Source of the DNA: a virus
Strand: one strand, 5' to 3'
DNA: 45,932 bases
IMG/VR virus record: IMGVR_UViG_3300037511_000088
Location: 1 to 45,932 of that record
The translations under genes and the position numbers were made by a program. A model generated the notes under the pieces. That model was not told the DNA's origin and did no database searches. It saw only the letters and a program-made list of their open reading frames with translations. Positions 40,313 through 45,932 of this stretch are shown here, piece by piece; position 1 is the first letter of the stretch; every line of letters begins with the position of its first letter.

Positions 40313-41117
40313 AGGCCAAGAGGTTCACACCGCAGCCGACGCAGCCGTTGACGGCGCGATCATCGACATCCAACAGGCAGACGCCGACGCGCGCGCCAAT
40401 CCCGAACCCTATGAGCCGACGCCGTTCGACGATCTGGCGAAGGAAATGGGCTGGATCCCACCCGATCAGTACAAAGGCGACGCTGCCAATTTCCGCGGCG
40501 CCGAGGACTATATCAAGCATGGCGTCCAGTCGACGAAGGCGCTCAAGCGCGATCTGAAAGCGGTAAAAGAGACCGCCGATCGGTTGGCGAAGACATCCGC
40601 GACCATCACGGAACGCGCGCTGGAGAAGCAGCGTACCGAACTGGAGGCGGCGCACCGGAAGGCAGTCGAGGATGGCGATTATGCCGCGACAGTGAGGGCA
40701 GAGCGGGAGATCCGAACGCTTGATGCTCAGGCGGCCGACATATCGCCGGAAACGACCTTCGCGGCAGCAAACCCATGGTACGGGAAGGATGATGAGGCGA
40801 CCGCCTATGCTGTGTCGGTCTCGCAGCGTCTGGCGGCGCAAGGCAAAGGTGTTGATGAGCAGCTGGAAGCCGCAGCGACCGCCGTTCGCAAACGCTTCCC
40901 TGAATTGTTCGACGATCAGCCTGCTCCGCGCAAGCTTCCGCCGCCTGTCAATGCTCCCGGGTCTCGATCGAACCCGACCGGAAAGGCCGCGCCCACTTTT
41001 TCGCAACTGCCGGCCGCCGCTCAGACAGCCTACGCCGCCTATGCAAAATCGATGAAGGCGCAGTTCGGCCAGGACTACACCAAAGAGGAATATCTGGCCG
41101 ATTATCTCAGCCAGTAA
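40302..41117 (+). CDS. Scaffolding protein candidate (271 aa).
   Basis: GAGGAG RBS. Highly helical and Ala/Glu/Lys-rich. Lies between the portal and capsid genes. Confidence 0.55.
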   Translation: MPLEGQEVHTAADAAVDGAIIDIQQADADARANPEPYEPTPFDDLAKEMGWIPPDQYKGDAANFRGAEDYIKHGVQSTKALKRDLKAVKETADRLAKTSATITERALEKQRTELEAAHRKAVEDGDYAATVRAEREIRTLDAQAADISPETTFAAANPWYGKDDEATAYAVSVSQRLAAQGKGVDEQLEAAATAVRKRFPELFDDQPAPRKLPPPVNAPGSRSNPTGKAAPTFSQLPAAAQTAYAAYAKSMKAQFGQDYTKEEYLADYLSQ

Positions 41118-41163
41118 TACCGCTTGCACTGCCTAAATTTTAGGCATATTAAGGAGAACGAGT

Positions 41164-41649
41164 ATGCCGAGAGGCATTCCCAACCGCCTCAATGCCGAGG
41201 CGCAGACTGACCAGCCATTGGTCGCACCTGTCTCGGCTCGCGCGGAAGAAACGCGCAGAGAGCGCCGCCGTCGTGATGACGGTGATCTCGACAGATCGGC
41301 GAGGCTCAAGCTCGCTATCCCCAAAGAAATTCAGGAGCGGGCGGAGCGTGAGGGCAAGACCCTTCGCTGGATCAAGGATGATCCGGGCCGTTTGCTTCAG
41401 GCTCAGGCCGACGATTGGGATCGCGTGGACGGGATAGAGCCAGTCTCTGCCTCTCGCGCCGAGGAATCCAAACTCGTGCTGCACGCCAAATACAAGGATT
41501 GGTACGACAGCGACCAGACCGACAAGGCCCGCTTGCTCGATGAGCGCGAAAAGGCCGTCGCGAAAGGCGCCAAGGCCCACTCCGAAGACAGCCTGCCTGA
41601 TGACGTGCGTTACGCCGCCAAGGGCAATCGGATTTCACGAGGGGCCTGA
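41164..41649 (+). CDS. Charged head-module protein (161 aa).
   Basis: GGAGAA RBS. Arg/Glu/Asp-rich. Confidence 0.5.
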   Translation: MPRGIPNRLNAEAQTDQPLVAPVSARAEETRRERRRRDDGDLDRSARLKLAIPKEIQERAEREGKTLRWIKDDPGRLLQAQADDWDRVDGIEPVSASRAEESKLVLHAKYKDWYDSDQTDKARLLDEREKAVAKGAKAHSEDSLPDDVRYAAKGNRISRGA

Positions 41650-41655
41650 TCTGAA

Positions 41656-41675
41656 AGCCCCTTACGAGGGGTTTT
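41656..41675 (+). terminator. Hairpin (AGCCCCT-TACG-AGGGGTT) plus a short T run. A weak attenuator that also buries the SD of the next gene.
   Basis: 7-bp stem including one G-T pair, UACG loop, TTTT. ATG 41679 follows 4 nt later. Confidence 0.3.
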
Positions 41676-41678
41676 CAC

Positions 41679-42263
41679 ATGGCAAACTCGAATGCCGCGA
41701 CCGGCCTTTGGCCCAAGCGCTACCGCAACGGCTCCCCCTGGATGGGGGCATGCCGCCGTTACTACCATCCCGCGACCGATTCCACGGCGCTGTTCATCGG
41801 CGATCCCGTCATCATCGCGGGCTCGGCTGACGGCGACGGCACTCCGACCGCGACCCGTGCGACTGCCGCCAGTGCTGGCCGCATCACGGGCGTCGTCGTG
41901 GGCTTCGATCCCAATCCGACGATCAACGCAGCCGGCTACGGCGCTGCCTCCACCGCGTTTTACGTGCTGGTCGCGGACGATCCTGCACTGCTGTTCGAGA
42001 TCCAGGAAGATAGCGTCGGCGGGGCTCTGGCCGCGACGAGCGTTGGCCTGAACGCGGATCTGATCGCCGCCAGCGGATCGGCTGCAACGAAGCAGTCCGG
42101 CTTCATGCTCGACAGCTCGACCGCAGCGACCACGGCAACGCTCCAGCTTCGGATCATCCAGCTCGAACAGCGTGCCGACAACGTCATCGGGGACAATGCC
42201 AAATGGCTCGTGGCCATCAACCTGCCCACCGAAACCGGCGCTGCCGGCTCGACCGGCGTTTAA
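41679..42263 (+). CDS. Head protein (194 aa; decoration/auxiliary capsid candidate).
   Basis: Lies directly upstream of the major capsid gene. Beta-rich, Ala/Thr/Gly-rich. Confidence 0.45.
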   Translation: MANSNAATGLWPKRYRNGSPWMGACRRYYHPATDSTALFIGDPVIIAGSADGDGTPTATRATAASAGRITGVVVGFDPNPTINAAGYGAASTAFYVLVADDPALLFEIQEDSVGGALAATSVGLNADLIAASGSAATKQSGFMLDSSTAATTATLQLRIIQLEQRADNVIGDNAKWLVAINLPTETGAAGSTGV

Positions 42264-42277
42264 GGGGGAACTGAACA

Positions 42278-43186
42278 ATGGCCGCAGGTATCATCACCCG
42301 CTCCGCCCATCCGGAAGCCCTCTGGCCCGGCGTCAAAAAGTGGTTCGGACTTTCTTACGACAAGGTCCCCGCGACCTGGCCGAAGATGTTCGAGCGCATG
42401 GACTCGAACAAGTATCAGGAGCGCATCGTCGAAGGCACCACCTTCGGCCTGGCTCCGGTCAAGACCGAGGGTGCGCCGATCGAGTACGATTCGGACCAGC
42501 AGGGCTACACCGCCTACTTCACTCACGTGGTCTATGGCCTTGGCTATATCGTCACGGAAGAGGAGCTGGAGGACAATCTCTATGACGAGGTGTCGCGCGT
42601 TCGTGCGGCCAACCTCGCATGGTCCATGCGCACCACGGCGGAGTTCGTTCACGCGAACGTCCTCAACCGCGGCTTCGACACCAACTATCCGATCGGCGAC
42701 GGCGCAGCCCTGTTCTCGGCTGCGCACCCGACGCTTTCGGGCAACCAGTCGAACCTCCTGACCGCCGCCGATTTCTCGGAGACGGCGATGGAGGACGCGA
42801 CCAAGGCCGTCTGGCGTGTGAAGAACAATCGGGGCTTCCCGATCAACGCGGGCGTCAAGCGCGTGGTGGTCAGCCCTGAGGACGCTTTCAACGTCACGCG
42901 CGTCCTGAACTCGGTTCTTCGTCCTGGCACGCCGAACAACGATATCAACGCACTCAACGCGATGGGCATTGTCCCTGATGTCGTGGTCTCCAAGTACCTG
43001 ACGGACACCGACGCATGGTTCGTGCAGACGGACGTTCCCAACGGCCTGATCTCGCTGTGGCGCCGCGATGTCGCCCTGTCGAAGGACAGCGATTTCGACA
43101 CGGACAACGCCAAAGCGAAGGCGACGATGCGCTTCAGTGCCGGTGCAGGCGACTGGCGCGGCATCTTCGGCTCGGCCGGCGGTTGA
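42278..43186 (+). CDS. Major capsid protein, HK97-fold family (302 aa).
   Basis: Size and position. Segments KMFERMDSNKYQERIVE...GLGYIVTEEELEDNLY...ALFSAAHP...NALNAMGIVPDVVVSKYLTDTDAWFVQ are typical of about 300-aa coat proteins. Confidence 0.75.
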   Translation: MAAGIITRSAHPEALWPGVKKWFGLSYDKVPATWPKMFERMDSNKYQERIVEGTTFGLAPVKTEGAPIEYDSDQQGYTAYFTHVVYGLGYIVTEEELEDNLYDEVSRVRAANLAWSMRTTAEFVHANVLNRGFDTNYPIGDGAALFSAAHPTLSGNQSNLLTAADFSETAMEDATKAVWRVKNNRGFPINAGVKRVVVSPEDAFNVTRVLNSVLRPGTPNNDINALNAMGIVPDVVVSKYLTDTDAWFVQTDVPNGLISLWRRDVALSKDSDFDTDNAKAKATMRFSAGAGDWRGIFGSAGG

Positions 43187-43231
43187 TGACGGGGGAGGGG
43201 GCTTCGGTCCCCTCTCTTGCCTGGAGGAACG

Positions 43232-43489
43232 ATGCAGATCGAGCAAGTTCCCGTCCTGTGGGTGCCCGGTGGAAGCTGGGGCCTTTGCCAAAGGTGCGGC
43301 TTCAAGAAGCGCCTGAACGCCCTTTCGCTTGAGTGGTCTGGACTACGGGTCTGCTGCGATTGCTGGGATCCGCGACCGGAGCAGCTGAGCCCACCGGATA
43401 TCTACCCGGAAGGCGTGCCCCGGCCCGATGCATCGCCGGACACGCCCAATGTCTTCGTCAACCAGAATTTGGGGCCTGAGGATTTATAG
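43232..43489 (+). CDS. Zinc-ribbon small virion protein (85 aa).
   Basis: GGAGGA RBS. CQRCGF...LRVCCDCWD motif. Confidence 0.55.
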   Translation: MQIEQVPVLWVPGGSWGLCQRCGFKKRLNALSLEWSGLRVCCDCWDPRPEQLSPPDIYPEGVPRPDASPDTPNVFVNQNLGPEDL

Positions 43490-44187
43490 TGGCGACGTCC
43501 GGCATCATTTCTGGAGAGATCACGGCCCGTGAGGTGATGCAACATGCTGCTGAGGATCTAGGCGTCCTTGGCGCAGGTGAGGAACTGAGCGCGGAAGAAT
43601 TCTCATCGATGCTCTCGCGCCTGAACTGGCTGCTGAAGAGCTGGCAGAGCCAGGGCGCCAACCTCTGGCGTGTCGAAACCGGCGAAATCACCATCCCGAC
43701 AGGATCAGTGTCTGGTGCGCTTGATCCAAATGTCATCGACGTGATTGCGGCGCGGGTCATCACGGGCAACTCGCCGAACGTGATCGAGCTTCAGATGCAG
43801 CCGATCGAGCAGGGCGAATATGCCCAGCTGCCGAACAAGTCGCAGCCGGGGCGCCCGACCATGTTCTTCCTGAGCAAGCAGCGCAGTCAGGTCGATCTCT
43901 ACGTCTGGCCCGTTCCGTATCAGGATATGGACTTCAAGATCGATTACGCGCGCGTGATTGAGGACGTGACCGATCCCAACGAGACGTTGGATGTCCCCCA
44001 GCAGTGGGCAGAGACGGTCTGGACGAACCTCGCGGTGAAGTGCGCGACACTGTTCGGGGCAACCCGCCTTGATCCCAACGCAGTCGCACAGGTGAAAGAG
44101 CGCGCCGCCATTCTTGAGCAGCAGCTTCTCGACATGGATCGACCGGCATCGGTCTTCATGGGCAACGTTTATGGGAGATATTTCTAA
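43489..44187 (+). CDS. Head-to-tail adaptor candidate (P22 gp4 position; 232 aa).
   Basis: Position after the capsid gene. Motifs LNWLLKSWQSQGANLW...YVWPVP. Confidence 0.5.
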   Translation: MATSGIISGEITAREVMQHAAEDLGVLGAGEELSAEEFSSMLSRLNWLLKSWQSQGANLWRVETGEITIPTGSVSGALDPNVIDVIAARVITGNSPNVIELQMQPIEQGEYAQLPNKSQPGRPTMFFLSKQRSQVDLYVWPVPYQDMDFKIDYARVIEDVTDPNETLDVPQQWAETVWTNLAVKCATLFGATRLDPNAVAQVKERAAILEQQLLDMDRPASVFMGNVYGRYF

Positions 44188-44438
44188 TGGGCGGCAGATC
44201 AAGCAATCCAGCCAGTTTCTGGGGTGGCGTAGCAATCACGCCGAGTGACACCGTGGACATTCCCGGCGGCCAGATCCGCGGCTTCTACGTGGGCGTTGCC
44301 GGAAACGTGGCCGTTGTGGGGCCTGACGGCTCTGTCGTGACCTATCCCAGCCTCGCTGTGGGCGTCGCTCATCCGATCCAGGCAGTCCGCATCAACGCGA
44401 CGAACACCACGGCAACGGGGATAATCGGCGGCCGATGA
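44187..44438 (+). CDS. Small virion protein (83 aa).
   Basis: Coupled on both sides. ITPSDTVDIPGG...FYVGVAGNVAVV...INATNTTATGIIG. Confidence 0.5.
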   Translation: MGGRSSNPASFWGGVAITPSDTVDIPGGQIRGFYVGVAGNVAVVGPDGSVVTYPSLAVGVAHPIQAVRINATNTTATGIIGGR

Positions 44439-45769
44439 TTGGTATCGGGGTCAATCTTTTCTCCAGCGAAAGGGAGGGTGGGGCCGGCATTCAGCAGGTT
44501 CCGCCGCCAAGCGGCTTCGACTGGACCCCGCCGATCAATATCTATCGTGAAGGCACTACCTATTCGACCGACTTCGTTGCAGCCGATTGGAAGATCGTGC
44601 CTACCGCGACGGTCTGGGTTTCGACCACTGGGAACAACGCGACGGGGACGGGATCGCAGGCGCAGCCCTGGCGTGAGGTCGACTATGCACTGACTCAGAT
44701 TGCACTGCTACCTGACACAGATGTTCAGCTGAACATTGTCACCGGGACTTACACCTTTGGTCAGGGCTTTGCGGGTCAGACCTGCAACAAGAATATCAAC
44801 TTCATCCCGCAGGGGGGCCGGGTCCAGAATTCGAATAAATTCCCGCTGGCGACAGGAGTATGGACGCTCGACGGCACTGGCACCTACAAAGCGACCCGAT
44901 CAACAATCGTCGCCGTGACGGACGCGCTACAGACTACGGTTTGGCCCGATGGCGCCGTTCTTCCGAAAGAACTTCCGTTGCAAGCCTCGCTGGCGGCCTG
45001 CCAGGCTCTTCCTGGGTCATGGTACACTGACAACGTTACCGTCTGGGTTCATCGGATTGATGGCTCCGTCCCCGATGGCTCTGCCACGGGCCCTGTCTCC
45101 TGCATCTTCAACACCGCCGGCATGACGATGGGCTTCGACGTCAAATGGTATGTCGAGAACGTCGACTTCATCGGCGCGACGAGCAATTGCGTCACCATCA
45201 ACGACGCTTCCATGTCGACGAATGCGCGGCTTCTCATGGTCGATTGCACGGGGACTTTGCAGAACCTCAACATCGGAAAAACGGTCGCGATCACTGGCGT
45301 CCCGCTGACCATCCTCAAGAACTTTCGCGTGTATGGTGGCAAGGGCGATGGCCTCAATTATCACATCGGCGCAACCAACGCGATTGATCCCAAAGCCATC
45401 GAGATCGACTGCCACGCCTATAACATGGGCACCGCAGCGTCGGATAACACGTACAATTGCACGACCAGCCACGAGAACGCGCGTGTCGTTCGGATCAACG
45501 GCCATTACTCCGGATCAATCGGCCCCGTCATGGCGGATGTCACGACTGCGCAGACATGGAATTTGGGCTGCGCATTCGGCGCATCCACTGCCGGTTCCGC
45601 CGATTCTCAGGATGCTTCGGCGCAGACCATGAACACCGCCAAAGCATGGCTGGACGGCTGCACGGTGAGCGGGTCGCACTATGATCTCTACGCCGGAAAC
45701 ACGTCGCAGATCCGCTATCGCAACATGACCGTGTCCGGCCTCACGTTCGGCAACGTAGGGACATACTGA
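44435..45769 (+). CDS. Second beta-helix (pectate-lyase-fold-like) tail protein (444 aa).
   Basis: Repeated coils with N/G/T/V registers (VENVDFIGATSNCVTIND, LLMVDCTGTLQN, GDGLNYHIG, ARVVRINGHYSG). Confidence 0.6.
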   Translation: MIGIGVNLFSSEREGGAGIQQVPPPSGFDWTPPINIYREGTTYSTDFVAADWKIVPTATVWVSTTGNNATGTGSQAQPWREVDYALTQIALLPDTDVQLNIVTGTYTFGQGFAGQTCNKNINFIPQGGRVQNSNKFPLATGVWTLDGTGTYKATRSTIVAVTDALQTTVWPDGAVLPKELPLQASLAACQALPGSWYTDNVTVWVHRIDGSVPDGSATGPVSCIFNTAGMTMGFDVKWYVENVDFIGATSNCVTINDASMSTNARLLMVDCTGTLQNLNIGKTVAITGVPLTILKNFRVYGGKGDGLNYHIGATNAIDPKAIEIDCHAYNMGTAASDNTYNCTTSHENARVVRINGHYSGSIGPVMADVTTAQTWNLGCAFGASTAGSADSQDASAQTMNTAKAWLDGCTVSGSHYDLYAGNTSQIRYRNMTVSGLTFGNVGTY

Positions 45770-45805
45770 TGATGAACCGCACTCCCGCGCGCGCAAAGGA
45801 GACCT

Positions 45806-45932
45806 AAATTGGCCGCTTACAACAAGTTCCAGAGCTGGGTCGAAAACATGACCGAAGGCGCCAACCTCGGTACCGACGTTTTCAAGCTCGTGCTGACCAA
45901 TTCCGCTCCGATCGCGACCAACACCGTGCTCG
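45806..45932. repeat. Terminal overlap copy B. It also carries the 5' end (TTG at 45809) of the gene annotated at 4-420.
   Basis: Identical to 1-127. AAGGAG at 45796-45801 lies 7 nt upstream of TTG 45809. Confidence 0.95.

Noticed and set aside
1-45932. Search for reverse transcriptase (DGR or retron), toxin-antitoxin pairs, tRNA/tmRNA genes, transposases and known multi-gene defence systems.
   Set aside because: No RT motifs (YxDD), no cloverleaf-like sequences, no transposase or IS termini, and no recognisable defence operons were seen by eye. Their absence cannot be proven without profile searches.

Overview
The window is a complete phage genome that closes on itself. Bases 1-127 are identical to 45806-45932, giving a 45,805-bp unit. 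It is a temperate, high-GC phage or prophage with lambdoid regulation and a P22-like (podovirus-type) morphogenesis gene order. The host is probably an alphaproteobacterium, but that is only an inference from protein flavour. All family calls come from motif recognition by eye; no database search was run.

Layout:
- Late operon (+ strand, 34.0 kb through the junction to 12.2 kb): TerS, TerL, HNH, portal, GroES-like protein, scaffold, major capsid protein, adaptor, beta-helix protein, gp10-like hub, coiled-coil needle-like protein, a hydroxylase + GNAT pair, three ejection proteins (one carrying an M15 peptidase domain), tailspike, then the lysis cassette (M15 endolysin, membrane proteins, lipoprotein).
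- Immunity switch (27.3-28.4 kb): divergent CI-like and Cro-like genes with three GTTGTA-N5-TACAAC operators.
- Early-right operon (+ strand, 28.7-34.0 kb): regulators, RusA, a replication organiser with an embedded ori-like palindrome array, a primase-helicase and a LexA-DBD-like protein.
- Early-left operon (- strand, 27.2 to 20.1 kb): RMF-like protein, NADAR, SSB-like protein, Ref/HNH-like nuclease, NinB, Xis, Int, ending at a putative attP.
- Distal block (- strand, 19.9 to 12.2 kb): about 20 tightly coupled genes continuing beyond attP, including C5-MTase, a DpdA/TGT-like gene, QueD-like, XF1762-like, an HNH endonuclease and a DEDDh exonuclease.

Most notable observations:
- A candidate 7-deazaguanine/methylation DNA-modification island whose DpdA-like gene is split across reading frames.
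- A primase whose zinc ribbon lies in a different frame from its TOPRIM-helicase body.
- A hydroxylase + acetyltransferase pair wired into the virion operon.
- Promoter/operator and ori architectures that can be read directly from the sequence.

No CRISPR array, tRNA, rRNA or reverse transcriptase was recognised.
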